Positions 13,193 through 26,679 of a stretch of DNA of 64,000 nt are shown one piece after another (within the stretch, counting starts at the first letter, position 1; every line of letters begins with the position of its first letter). Source of the stretch: Octopus vulgaris (lineage: Eukaryota). The translations under genes were made by a program, and so were the position numbers. The stretch is taken from positions 126,294,001-126,358,000 of the forward strand of contig OX597820.1 of assembly GCA_951406725.2 (NCBI GenBank), given 5' to 3'. The notes beneath the pieces were generated by a model. It had not been told where the DNA came from and made no database searches. It saw only the letters and a program-made list of their open reading frames with translations.

Positions 13193-15204
13193 CAGGGGTG
13201 TGCAACAGGCTGCCTGCGGGCCACAATCCAGCCCGCCAAGCCAGTCAGCCCTCGCTAACTGCTTTTATGTTTTTTTACCTCGTACGCTAATTTCGATTTT
13301 TTTTTTCTCGTGGCCGCAAGACAAATTCGACCTTACAAAAAGTTAAGGACGTTGCATCTTTGACTTTCGTGCGTGCTACGCAAAGACAAATTTTTTTGAA
13401 GTTATTCATTTTAAACAATGATGATGAATAAAATAAAGTTTAGTTTTATTAATGTGAGACTTGGTGGACTAATTAGAACAGATGACCAAGTCAATTAAGA
13501 AGCAACAAGGAGAATTTACATATAAGAAAGACTCTGAGCTTGTAACAAAGCTTAGCTTCAAAATCTATGAATCAATCGCAGAAAAGGGGAAACCCTTCAG
13601 TGATGGAGAATTCATAATAACTTGCTTGGGCATATTTACTAATTTTGCATGTCCCGAAACGAAACATTTATTACAGCAAACCAGTATGTCTCGTTTTACT
13701 ATGTCATGCAGAATAAATCAACTTGCAGAAAATATCGAAAAGACTTTAAAGGAGAGGATAAATAGATGTGCAGCATATTGTTTGGCTCTTGATGAAAGCA
13801 CAGATGTTAAGTGACACTGAGCAATTGGTTGCGTTTGTACGAGGAGTTACTAATAGTTTTGAATTAAAAGATGAATTTTTGGACATGGCCAGTGTATCTT
13901 CAACAACCACTGGAGAAGACATTAGTGAACAAATCTTGAAGTTGATGGTGAAGTTTCAACTTGACCCTCATAAACTCTGTGGCCTGACAACTGATGGGGT
14001 ACCCTCAATGACAGGTAGTATCAATGACAGGTAGTATCAATGACAGGTAGAACCAAGAAATTTTTTAATACCATCTGTTCGCAAGAGGCTGTGGTGAATC
14101 ACAACGTTATACACCAGAAAAGCTTGTGCAGAAAAGTACTCGGCTTTACTGATGTTATGAAAAATGTTGTTCAATGTGTGAATTACATTCGTGCTCGAGG
14201 ACTAAATCATCAGCAATTTAAGGCCTTCTTAGAAGAACTTTACTCGGATTATCCTGATATTGTGTAATTCTCTACAGTGCGTTGGCTCAGTAGAGCTGCT
14301 ACTTGGAAAAGATTTTGGAGTCTAAGAAAGGAAATTGGATAATTCATAATAAATAGACAACAAGATATTCCTTATTTAAATGATGGTGACTGGTTAAATG
14401 AAATTGCTTTCCCAACTGACATAATACAGTATCTTTCAGATTTAAATATTAAACTGCAAGGTAAAAGTCAGCTGGTGAACAAGATGTTTGAACACTTTCT
14501 TCCTTTGAAGAGAAACTACGACTTTTTCAGATTCAGCTGAGTAGAACAGCATACATTCATTTCCCAGTTTAGCTCACAGAAAAGCAGAAATGCTAGATTT
14601 AGATTGTTCCTCTTGCTGAAAGTGTTGGCAAGTTGTGTGCTGAATTTACAAGCAGATTTGCTGATTTCAGGAAATGTGAAACTGCGTTTTCTCATCCATT
14701 TGACATAGCACCTGAGGACAATCCTGACTGGTGGCAAATGGAGCTGATACATTTAGTTTGACATAGACTTGAGAAGAGCATATGATAGCAATGACTTGGT
14801 AACTTGCTACAAAAATTATGTACGTGGAAAGGATCCAAATTCGGAGCAACATGCTAGAAAAACGACATCCCTGGTTTTGGCAGCACATGTGCGCAGTTCT
14901 TGTCAAGAATGAAACTGAATAGAAACAGATACCGACGTCAGCTCATAGAGGAACATCTGACCAGTCAGCTTCGAGTTGCCACCTCATCAGTCAAAGCGGA
15001 TATTGATAAATTGTACAAAAACCTAAAATAACAAGGCTCACCATAAAACTAAACTTTATTTTATTTGTCTTCATTGTTTAAAAATGTATTCATGACTCAA
15101 TACACTAGTTGCCATTAGATCCCATATTTTTTACGGTGACTGGCCCCAATTGTTGTTCCAATGTTCGAAAGTGGCCCGCCAATGAAATATGTTGCGTGCC
15201 TCTG
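13193..15204 (+). mobile_element. hAT (Buster/Charlie-type) DNA transposon, decayed, both ends present
   Basis: TIRs caggggtgtgcaac / gttgcgtgcctctg (10/14), subterminal gcgggcc/ggcccgc motifs, and 8-bp TSD-like ctttaatg / ctctaata with central TA. Confidence 0.9.
13482..15046 (+). pseudogene. hAT transposase pseudogene (GTF2IRD2/SPIN-like)
   Basis: KPFSDGEFI, ALDESTDV, TTDGVPSM, HNVIHQKSLC, VNYIRARGLNHQQFKAFLEEL, VRWLSR, LNIKLQGK, C-terminal IDKL...QGSP*. Several stops and frameshifts; no N-terminal BED finger seen. Confidence 0.92.
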
Positions 15205-16104
15205 CTCTAATACTATAGTACTATAAGTAGACAAAACACTATAAGGGTTTTTAATCATTTATTAGGTAATTAATAACGCTTGTTATTGTTGCTTACTTAT
15301 GAAAAAGACAGGACAGCCACGTCTGGGATAACTTTGATCACAGGTCTTGTAAATCAAAGCTGACCTAAGGTTGAATAATAACACCACCACTATTACTACA
15401 CTCGAGAGGAACAACAGCTAAATACCCCTTTTTTGACGTATTAGGCAAAGAAAGAACAAAAATAATGCTTTCTGGGTGTAGTGTACCTAAAATATGTGGA
15501 ATCATGGTTGGAATCATGGTTCTGCTTAAACCAGGTTCATCGGGATTGTGGTAGGTGGCGTAACCAACAACAGAAATGCTATGAGCAAATAATATGAAAC
15601 TCTACCTGGTGGCTTGACTTAATAGAAATAACAACCAAATCAGCCTCAAATCACACCATAGCGTCTTGTTAAAGTAAATGAAACGTTAGATGATGTAGTC
15701 TTATAAAGTAAAAAGAAAAGGCTAGACGGCCATAGGAGGAATGCCTTTGAACATAGGTCAGATCAACAACAGCAGCATCATTATCACAACCTCCACCACC
15801 ATCACAGCCATCGTAATCTTTTCTATTATAGGCACAAGGCCTCGAAATTTAGGCCTGCACACTGCAACTACTCACATTAATAATAACTCTACCACCAGCA
15901 GATACACCCCCTCCACCACCGTCATTACGAGCTTCAGAAAGAAGCAGCACACAGAGTAACAGAGTCCCACTCCTCCTTCTTCCCCCCTCTCTCTCTCTCT
16001 CCCTCTGGCGCTGTTTCAGTTTTCTCCCCTTCTCAATCTGTTGTGCTTCATCAGTATCCATCCCATCCTCTTCATTCCTCAACGAAAATATGTTCTTTCT
16101 GCTG

Positions 16105-16450
16105 CTGGTGGAGGTGGTGTTGGTGGTGGTGGTGGTGGTGGTGGTAAGGATTGCAGTGATAGCAGTAGTGAATGTGGTGGTGGTCGTGGTGGTGTTGGTG
16201 GTGGTGGTGGTCGTCGTGGTGTTGGTGGTGGTGGTCGCGGTGGTGGTGGTCGTGGTGGTGGTGGGGGGTAGGAAAGAGGGTAGTGGTTGTGGTGGAAGTG
16301 ATGGCAGTGGTGGTGCTGATGGTATAAAAGTTGTAGGAATAGTAGTGAAGGTGGTGGTGGTGGTGGTGGTGGTGGTGGTGGTGGTGGTGGTGGTGGTGGT
16401 GGTGATGATGATGATAAAGGTTATGGTGGTAGTAATAATGGTTGTAATAA
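16105..16450. repeat. (GGT)n low-complexity tract (a second lies at ~17930-18030)
   Basis: Directly visible; source of poly-V/G/T ORFs. Confidence 0.93.
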
Positions 16451-16673
16451 TGAATGGTAGCAATGATGGTGACGACGAATGAGTGTAGATAGAGGTGATA
16501 ACTGTGTTGTTGATGGTGAGGCTAAATGCAATGGTATTGGTGGTGGAGAGATAAAGCTGCTGTTTTGCCCAAGGCCAGCGTCGACCGAGTACACCAACGA
16601 ACAAATTTAAATCCGCCGTGACCATGCCGTCTGTTTTAGAGGCTTAGTATTTACAGAACAACGTTATCTAAAG

Positions 16674-16935
16674 CAGAGGGTCTCAACCATTATTTTACCT
16701 ATGGACCCTTTGATTCCTGTTCTATTCTACTGCCCCCCCCCCTTGGCCATTCGATGTTCCAATAAAACCCAATTATATTTATTCTAATAATTGAATATTA
16801 TTAGGAATTGTATAAAAGAAACTGTTGAAATATTTTGAGAATTTTTGAAGTAGAAACAATTTATTGCGCATAAACTTCAACAAGAAAATCTTATATGAAT
16901 CCCCAAGAACCATATGGACCCCGGTTGAGGACACT
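16674..16935 (+). mobile_element. hAT-type MITE, copy 1
   Basis: Termini cagagggtctcaacc ... ggttgaggacact; internal tatggaccc motifs; flanked by atctaaag and ttctaaag. Confidence 0.75.
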
Positions 16936-16948
16936 TTAGATTCTAAAG

Positions 16949-17228
16949 CAGTGGTTCTTACCCATGATTTACATGACCCTCAGGGGTCCATATAAGATTT
17001 TGATGTTAGAATTTGCATGCAATAAATTGGCTCTATTTCAACAATACACAAAATATGTTTGTTTAGGGGTGGCTGTGTGGCTTGCTCACGAACCACATAG
17101 TCCCGGGTTCAGTCCCACTGCTTGGTACCTTGAGCAAGTGCCTTCTACTATAGCCTCGGGCCGACCAAAGCCTTGTAAGTGGATTTGGTAGACGGAAACT
17201 GAAAGAAGCCCGTCATATATATGCATAC

Positions 17229-17301
<73 letters not shown>

Positions 17302-17644
17302 TGTATGTGTGTGTATATATGTTTATGTGTCTGTGTTTGTCCCCCCCAACATCACTTGACAACCGATGCTGGTGTGTTTACGTCCCCGTAACCTAGCGGT
17401 TCGGTAAAAGAAATCCGATAGAATAAGTACTAGGTTTACAAAGAATAAGTCCTGGGGGTCGATTTGTTCGACTAAAGGCGGTGCTCCAGCATGGCCACAG
17501 TCAAATGACTGAAACAAGTAAAAGCGTAAGAGAATAATAATATGATAGGACTTTTTAAAACATTGAATAGGTGTTAGGGAGGGGTCCAATAGAGTAAAAT
17601 AGCAATCAAAGAAATCCATAGGTAAATTTGGTTGAGAAACACTG
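16949..17644 (-). mobile_element. hAT-type MITE, copy 2 (inverted relative to copy 1, interrupted by a SINE)
   Basis: Termini cagtggttcttacc ... ggttgagaaacactg. 16949-17056 and 17540-17644 match the reverse complement of the two ends of copy 1. Confidence 0.75.
17066..17533 (+). mobile_element. Family C SINE with internal (TA)n, nested in MITE
   Basis: gtggctgtgtgg...cccgggttcagtcccactg...gtagacggaaactgaaagaagcccgtc-(TA)n-tgtgtttgtccccccc...atgactgaaacaagtaaaag. Confidence 0.9.
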
Positions 17645-18552
17645 TACCGCTCCTTTAAAGTGTTCTTTCGAAGGGAGCAAGGTGTAGATTGAAAAGAAAT
17701 TTGGCTACTATTTCTAGCAAGTTCATTGACCGCGTAAAGACACACTGGTGCGTGTGTTGGCTAGCGGTGATGGTTTTGGTGTAATGGCGGTGATAGTACT
17801 TTCCATTAAGATGATGATGATGGTGGTGAAGAGGAGGGAGGGAGGGAGGAGGAGGATGTAGGTAGTTTCAAGAATTGCGCTGATAATGATGGAACCTTAG
17901 ATGATGAAGATGGATATAGCAAGCATAGTTAGGTGGTGGGATTTATGGTAACAGAGGTGATGATGTTGATGGTGGTCGTGGTGGTCGTGGTAGTGGTATT
18001 GGTGGTGGTGGTGGTGGTGGTGGTGGTGGTACTGCTGCTGTTACTTGTGATGGTAGCAGTGGGAATAGCAGTGGGAATAGAAGCAGGAGTTATAGCAACG
18101 GGGTATGGGAGAGGTGCAGAGTGGTGTATATACATATCTGTGCCACCCTTTAGTGCTTAAGACAAGCTGTCTTTATCATATGATAAAGCGTACATTATCT
18201 CTTACACATGCACACACACACAACACACGCATGTACATATTACACACACACACACATACGCATAGTTGCGTATACGTATACATATATACACGTAGGCATA
18301 TACATACTTATCGTGTAAGCTTATGTGAGTGTATACTGAGTCACTCAGTGATAAAAAAAAATCAGCACACATTCACACGCACACATTCTGACTGACTGTT
18401 CACACACATACACGCACACACACTTTTATACAGGCATACCTTTGCAATCTTAATATACGCCCACATAGAGAGATATTTCAGAAACAGCAGGCCTCCTTTT
18501 AACCAAATCTTGATAACGATAGGTAATATATATATATATATATATATAAAGT

Positions 18553-18765
18553 AAGGCGGCAATCTGGCGGAATTGTTAGTACACCGAACAAAATGCTTAG
18601 CAGCATTTCGTCCGACATCGCGTTCTGAGTTCAAATTCCGACGAAGTCGACTTTACCTTTGCTGCTATCAGAGTCGATAAAAATAAGTTCCAGTTAAACG
18701 CTAACACTGGAATTGATTTACTCGACATAACACCTGCTGGCCTCGTACCAAAGCTTGAAACCAAT
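18553..18765 (+). mobile_element. Meta/MESC-domain-like SINE (family M)
   Basis: ggcggc..ctggcggaat.gttag head, gagttcaaattcc B-box, gtcgacttt.cctt...gtcgataaa.taagt.ccag central domain. Confidence 0.8.
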
Positions 18766-19337
18766 GCAGGAATATATAAAGCTTTCTGCGTTCAAATTCT
18801 ACCAGAATCAGCTTTCGCTTTCGAAATTTTGTTGTTTATCCTCATGTTAACTCTTGTACCAGACCTACAGTCAAAGACATCCCTCCCTTTAGCGCCTCGT
18901 TTTTGAAATGATATCAAGAGTTGTTATCGAAACGTTTCTCTCTATATTTTAGGGAAATGTGACTGCTATTTCTCGCATGTGGATGAACTACAAAGAGCCC
19001 TCCTCTTTCACTTGCATTAGATTTCACTCCCTAGATGATAAATAGTATGAAAAGTTTATTGGTGATCAAAAATAAAGAGAATCGATCCCAACAGACCTTG
19101 AAATCCCGAATATAAAACTTTAAAAAATGATCAAATACTCGATTATTTATCTCAGCGCCATTTTAGTAAATAGATAGGTACTTATAGCTCTTTTTATATG
19201 TTCTTTTATTTTTCATAGAAATAAAATTAAATTTTATAATTTGCAAACAACGGTTCAAAAGTGAGAAATAACGATGCGCTCCCTGGTGAGAGTCACACAG
19301 TGCATCGTATACCTGTCAGATAAAACTAATTACTGCA

Positions 19338-19401
<64 letters not shown>

Positions 19402-19521
19402 CAGGTTGAAGAGTTCAAATAAAAAAAGATGTTTGCACCAACGAAAATTTAGTATTCAATACAACAGTAGACGCGCGCACACACACATACCTATCTATTT
19501 ATCTATCTATCTATCTATCTA

Positions 19522-19588
<67 letters not shown>

Positions 19589-19589
19589 C

Positions 19590-19620
<31 letters not shown>

Positions 19621-19628
19621 GTATGTAT

Positions 19629-20035
19629 ATAAACTAAGAAGATGGAATGAACAGGTTCTAATTACGAAATACAATTGTTTCTGTTCAGTAATAACAGCTG
19701 TTTCTTGCTGAGTTTTCCATATGCTTTTACGTAAATTATTTTATAAACAATTACATAAATAAGCATGATCCAACACCAGCTGTGACCGGCACGTCCTGAG
19801 GTGAGTTGCTTTGATAGCAGTGTTATCAAGGCAATTCACCCGAGGATATGCTGGTACATAGCTGCTGCTGGATTTTATTTATGTAATTATTTATGAATTA
19901 TTTATAAAATTATTCATAATATAATTTATATAACAGTATGATATGAAAGACAGCAACTAACAGCTGTTACCACTGCATAGAAACAATTGTTGGGTTTTGT
20001 AATTAAAACCTGTTTATTCCATTTTCTTGGTTTAT
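19629..20035. repeat. ~400-bp foldback palindrome centred at 19820
   Basis: Left arm (aaactaagaagatggaatgaacaggtt...) is the reverse complement of the right arm (...aacctgtttattccattttcttggttt). Core: ggtgagttgctttgatagca-g-tgttatcaaggcaattcacc. Confidence 0.9.
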
Positions 20036-20088
20036 GAGTTCTGCATGTATATCCAGTAAAAGCAATAACCCTGGTGTATTATGGCATA

Positions 20089-20399
20089 AGTGGAGACGCC
20101 ATGGCCTAGTAGTTAGAGCAGCGGACTTGCGGTCAAGAGATCGCAGCTTCGAATCTCAGACCGGGCGGTGTGTGTGTTTATGAGCGAAGCACCTAAGCTC
20201 CACACGACTCCGGCAGAAAGTAATGGCGAACTTCTGCTGACTCTTTCGCCACAACTTTCTTTCACTCTCTTCTCTTATATCTAGAAGCTCATCTGAGACG
20301 GACTGGCGTCCCGTCTAGGTGGGGAACCTATAAACCAATGAAACCGGGAAACCGGCCCTTATGAGACAAGCATGGCTCGAGAAGGGACAAACAACAAAC
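20089..20399 (+). mobile_element. tRNA-derived SINE, head B + tail 2
   Basis: Same head as 2574. Tail gacggactggcgtcccgtc.aggtgggg...gaaaccgggaaaccggcccttatgag...caaacaac. TSD attatggcata / attatggtata (20078-88 / 20400-10). Confidence 0.88.
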
Positions 20400-21996
20400 A
20401 TTATGGTATATGGCACCCGATAACCATATAGGAGCTTTTAAATGCACGTTATGAGGTTATTGCCTGGATAATATTAAATATATATTGTCTGTTAAAGATA
20501 ATACATCATAAGTGTTCTGCACAGAGCATGATAGAAAATTGTTGGACGATGGAGCTAGAGACAGATGTGATCTTATCTTTGGATTCAGTAATGCCTTTAT
20601 GTTATAGGGACTCTCCTTTTTTTACTATGCACTATGCTATAAGTCATATCATGTGTTTAGTATATGATTTTGTAACACTTAATACAAGGCACAGATGTAT
20701 ACAAATATTATTTGCTTACATGAAAAGCTACAATGTTGAATACAATGGATGAAACATACGTACGATATAGTTTGTTTCAAATAATGCATTATTGATATAA
20801 TTATTTATATAATCATGTTTTATGACCAGCAAATGCCAAAATATCAAACTATAGATATCGATCATGAAATATATGTTATGGTATTTGTAGAATACAATAG
20901 TGCAGTCTGGTCCTAAAATAAACTGTAAATTAATTTTGCTTTGGGGAGAAAAGTTATTTCCCTTGTGTGGTTAAGGTTAGAAGAACATAACAGAATATGC
21001 AAAATAATATATAAATAGTAAAAGATATAGAAATATATAAATGTATAAAATTTTAATAAACGTTAATATATACATGTTACAACTAAATATTATGAAAGCA
21101 AATTTAAACAACGATACTTTGATCATGCTTCTTTTAGAGTTTGAAAGAATACGCTATTGATTTCAAAAAACAAACGTTATACAGAGATGAGCCAAATTGT
21201 TGAAAAAAATCCTCATGCTAGCAGAAAAAAAATTATAAATCTGCAAACAGTCTAAATATCAAATCACGGTTATGGTCTAAATGTCACCACATGAATAAAT
21301 AAATCCTGAAATACTGCAACGCCACATTTTTTTAGCTAAATCTGTACTTAATTTTTGAAGAAAAAGAAGAATCAACCCCAGAACGTTATTTGTCGATCAC
21401 ATGTGTCTTTGCATGCTACCAAAAGACTGTAATAATCAATGTATGCAATTTTAGCATTCGTTGCATCATTTAGTACATGGCCATGGACAACTGATTAAAA
21501 GTTAAATTCGTGATAATGTTTTAGGTTTGATTTTACTATGTTCACCTTGTTTAAGTATATTCCACTATAGTCGTGAGTCAGTTCAAACCTCATGACATTC
21601 AATAAGTTCCTCTTTGATACACACTCTGTGACTGAGTGTGAGTGTGGACACCGTCCAGGGAAGGCTAGAAGTGTCTCTGGAATGCTCGACTAAACTACAA
21701 TAAAATGAACAAATGATTCCATTGAACGAACGCTTGCAACAGACATTCTGAAAACTGACGTGAGATCTATCAAAGACATATTAAGATGAGCTTTGGTGCA
21801 AATATGTGTACAGGCTTATGCAATAGGGGATTAATGCATATATACAGAGGTAAATACATGTGCATAATGGCGTATATACATCAATGTATTATTGTATGCA
21901 CATAGTGGGCCAAAAGTCACGCACCGAAACATCACTTTTTATTTATATTACGTTAATAATAACAATAATAATAATAGTAATAACAACAACAACAAC

Positions 21997-22346
21997 AACA
22001 AGAACACTCAGCAACACCAACATCCTCTCAATGATTAGCCAGATATAATTTTTAAAATGAGAATATCTGAAATAAACTCGGCTGCTCTCACAAACGAGAA
22101 TACTAAAAATGAACCTGACCCCTCTCAAAAATTAAGTAAAAAAAACAAAACAGAAATACAATCCAGAATGCTTGTCTGCTACCGGATCGATCGCAAAATA
22201 TAATCAGTTCGTGTCAGTCATGAAGCCAAACATCCCTGAAAGTTTCACCCAAATCCATCCAGTGGTTCTTGAGATATCTTGTCCATGGACAAACAAGCAA
22301 AGACGATTGAAAACAATACCTTCGCCTTCGCTAAAGCAGAGGTAAT
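21997..22346 (-). mobile_element. Non-autonomous HINE/DINE-1-like (Helentron-type) element
   Basis: Terminal hairpin tacct.cgc..ttcgctaa.gc.gaggtaat next to gacaaacaagcaaagac; other end aacaagaacactcag. A second copy lies at 46176 on the + strand. Family assigned from architecture only. Confidence 0.55.
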
Positions 22347-22357
22347 TATAATGTCAA

Positions 22358-22838
22358 AGGCGGCGAGCTCGCAGAATCGTTAGCACGCAGGGCAAAATGC
22401 TTAGCGACACTTTGTCTGTTTTTATATTCTGAGTTCAAATTCCGCTGAAGTCGACTTTACCTTTCATCCTTTCGGGGTCGATAAAATAAGTACCAGTTGA
22501 GGACTGGCGTTGATGTAATATATTGGTCCCCTCCCCCAAAATTTCAGGCTACAGCAGAAAGGATTATTATTATCATTATTATTATTATTATCATTATCAT
22601 TATTATCATTATTATTATTATCATTATTACTATCATTATTATTATCATTATTATTATTATCATTATTATTATTATCATTATTATTATTATCATTATCATT
22701 ATTATTATTATTATCATTATTATTATTATCATTATTACTATCATTATTATTATCATTATTATTATTATCATTATTATTATTATCATTATTATTATTATCA
22801 TTATTATTATTATCATTATTATTATTATCATTATTATT

Positions 22839-22873
<35 letters not shown>

Positions 22874-23162
22874 CATTATTATTATTATCATTATTACTAT
22901 CATTATTATTATTATCATTATCATTATTATCATTATTATTATTATCATTATTACTATCATTATTATTATCATTATTATTATTATCATTATTATTATTATC
23001 ATTATTATTATTATCATTATCATTATTATTATTATTATCATTATTATTATTATCATTATTACTATCATTATTATTATCATTATTATTATTATCATTATTA
23101 TTATTATCATTATTATTATTATCATTATTATTATTATCATTATTATTATTATCATTATTATT

Positions 23163-23197
<35 letters not shown>

Positions 23198-23298
23198 CAT
23201 TATTATTATTATCATTATTACTATCATTATTATTATTATCATTATTATTATTATCATTATTATTATTATCATTATTATTATTATCATTATTATTATTA

Positions 23299-23347
<49 letters not shown>

Positions 23348-23546
23348 AGCGGTGAGCTCGCAGAATCATTTTCACGCCGTGCAAAATGCTTAGCAGTATT
23401 TCGCCAAGCTTTACGTGTTGAGTTCAAATTCCGCCGAGATCGACTTTGCCTTTCATCCTTTTGGTGGGGTCGATGAGATAAGTACCAGTTACGCACTGGG
23501 GACGATTTAATCGACTAGAACCCGCCCCCAAAATTTCAGGCCTAGA

Positions 23547-23620
<74 letters not shown>
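22358..23620 (+). mobile_element. Two tandem family M SINEs (22358-22562, 23347-23548), each followed by an (ATT)n tail
   Basis: ggcgg.gagctcgcagaatc head; gtcgacttt.cctttcatccttt.ggggtcgat..aataagtaccag domain (as in Meta/MESC and Sauria SINEs); cccaaaatttcaggc tail. Confidence 0.9.
22563..23345. repeat. (ATT/ATC)n compound microsatellite with 324-bp higher-order repeat
   Basis: Rare tac variants at 22628/22736/22895 recur at 22952/23060/23219, each exactly +324. Confidence 0.95.
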
Positions 23621-23937
23621 CATCATCATCATCATCATGTACAAGTATGTGTGTGTTCATCTTTATTTTATATACTTTATTCACTTTTAGAGAAAAATTG
23701 AAGAATGTCTCTGAAAATTCCGAAGTATGTTGAACTTATTTTGTGCGTGACTTTTGACCCACTGTGTGCGTGTATGCGTGTGTACGTATGCGTGTGTGCG
23801 TGTGCGTGTGTGTGTACCGAGCTATATGCCTGTGTATAAAGCGGCATATCTTCTTCTAAGTTGTTCAAATTCAAAGAAAAACTTGCCAGAAATTGTATTA
23901 TATTTTTTATAATTTTGGCATTATACATGCGCGCACT

Positions 23938-23980
<43 letters not shown>

Positions 23981-24142
23981 ACATTTACACCCATACATTC
24001 ATGCACACATGCATACACACACATACTTGTGTTTGTGTGTATGTTTGCGCATATGTTAACCTGCGTGTCTGTGCGACAGAATTTATGTGTGAGTCATAAC
24101 TGACAGCAATCTGTAATAGTGTACCTGTGTGCGTGTGTGTAC

Positions 24143-24196
<54 letters not shown>

Positions 24197-24713
24197 GAGA
24201 GAGAGAGACAGCGCGTATATGTTAATGTGGAATATCGTTTATTTATAATATTTATGCGTGTACATGTCTATGTGTTCGCTCACAAGTAGGAATCGTATTT
24301 TTTCATTTTCCAGAGTTTTACAAACACATAAGAAATACGATTCTTATCTTATTTTCTCACAATTCTATATATGTATGTATGTATGCATGTATGTACGCAA
24401 GTACGTCCGTATTTGTATATACAAGCAGTTCCGTGTAACGATGTCTTATATTCCAGATTGTTCGAAATGTTGTTTCGTCGTTTAAAACAAAAACGCAATT
24501 CGCAAGAAACTTCAGAAAAATTTTTGAAAATATTTTAAGTTCCAAGATAAATCCGATAGTAGAATTTTACCATTTTTTTTTTCTTTCCAAATTCTGTTCT
24601 TTATGAAAAAGCATTAAATAGAAGTTTACACACTCAATTATTCTCTTTCTCGCATCCTTTCTGTCTATCAGACACAAACAACTCGTGATATACAAGTATA
24701 TAAGATAGATAGG

Positions 24714-24757
<44 letters not shown>

Positions 24758-24847
24758 TACTTTATTATAAATTCCTCGATTTAGAAATAAAAACATGATT
24801 TTGCTATATATTTACTTGTTTATAAACCACAAAGTTCTTTGAATTTC

Positions 24848-24881
<34 letters not shown>

Positions 24882-25749
24882 TTTCTGTCTATACTCATTA
24901 ATTACATTGATGATGATGGTTATAATGATTTATTTGAAAAAATATAAAATTCATTAGTTGCAAACTGCTGTTGTTGGTAGAAGTAAAATGTGATAAATCT
25001 GCGACCTTCTTGAAGGGCAATTAATGCACAAGAATATTCAGTGACAAGGGAAATCGAACCCGGCTCGCAGATTTAGCACATCAGAAATCATTGTTCTTCA
25101 TTACATCACTTCTCTATTCTTACTGCTAAGATTTTTTTTATTAACGACAGCGCAAGGTCATAGACATTATAGAATAGAACATATAAGATGATGTAAGAAG
25201 GGTATTAGCATCGAAAATACGATACTGTAGGGTGACACCTGGAATTGAAAGCAGTTCGAGGCGTTTTTTATATTCCACTTTGCTGCCCCAAAATGTTGGT
25301 GATAGTGATGGTGACGTTGCTAGTGATATTTAGCATTAGATCAAACCTGATCGAGTAGTTCTATGATCAAAGACATTCCAGGTGTGACTTCATCACCTTT
25401 TTGTATAACTAAGTGACTGCATTATGCAATGTCCGTTTTTTCAGGTATTGCATAAGACCTGGGGTTGTTTCATTGAGATTTAACTTCAATTTCTAATAGT
25501 TCGAACAACCACCTATAGCTTCCCTCCTTGCATAAAATAATTATAATGCAGAAGGTTTTTCCAGAATGTATTTGAAGGAATCGGCTGCACTGAACAACAG
25601 GTCTTTTCTTGTTTTGTTTCTTTTGTTTTTTTAATCTGAGCCTCTGATAAAAGTGGGAATTCAAACTAAATCGATGCGTGACGAAACTATATAATTTAAG
25701 ATATTCAGACCATCGTTCTGCAATTTCCATCATATTACTTATCTAATAA

Positions 25750-25925
25750 TGATAATTCTTTCTACTATAGGCGATAGGTTTAAAATTTCGGTGAATTTAT
25801 TTTATCGACCTGTAAGGATAACAGGCAAAGTTGACCGCGGTGGGATTTGGACCCACACAGTAAAAAGTCAGAAATGCCGCAAAGTATTTTGCCCATCGCG
25901 TTTATCAATCTGTCAGCTCGCCACC
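25750..25925 (-). mobile_element. Decayed family M SINE
   Basis: tttctactataggc...ttttatcgacc...aggcaaagttgacc...gtcagctcgccacc. Confidence 0.7.
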
Positions 25926-26159
25926 TGAATAATTATCATTATTCTTCTTCTCACTACTATAGGCACAAGGCTCGAAAATTGTGTGACAGGGAAGGTTAGT
26001 AGATTATCGACCATGGAGAGCTAAAAGCAATATTATTATATGCAATAAGGAAAATAAAGAAACCATCATCATTAGTATTAATATTATTGTTATCATTATT
26101 CTTAAAAAGAAATAAAAATCACCATTATCATCAATATTTTAAAAATGTGTGTGCACGCG

Positions 26160-26526
<367 letters not shown>

Positions 26527-26679
26527 ACAGGTGAAATATATAATCAAAAGGAAAAAATCTTATTGAAAAGGTAATAGAAATCAATATAGACAAAAATTAG
26601 AAAGCTTTGACAGTTTTATAGTAATATGGGTGCTGTTATAGTAAAGTTTCAGGTGGGGTTTTCGCTTTAGTTTCCTTAC

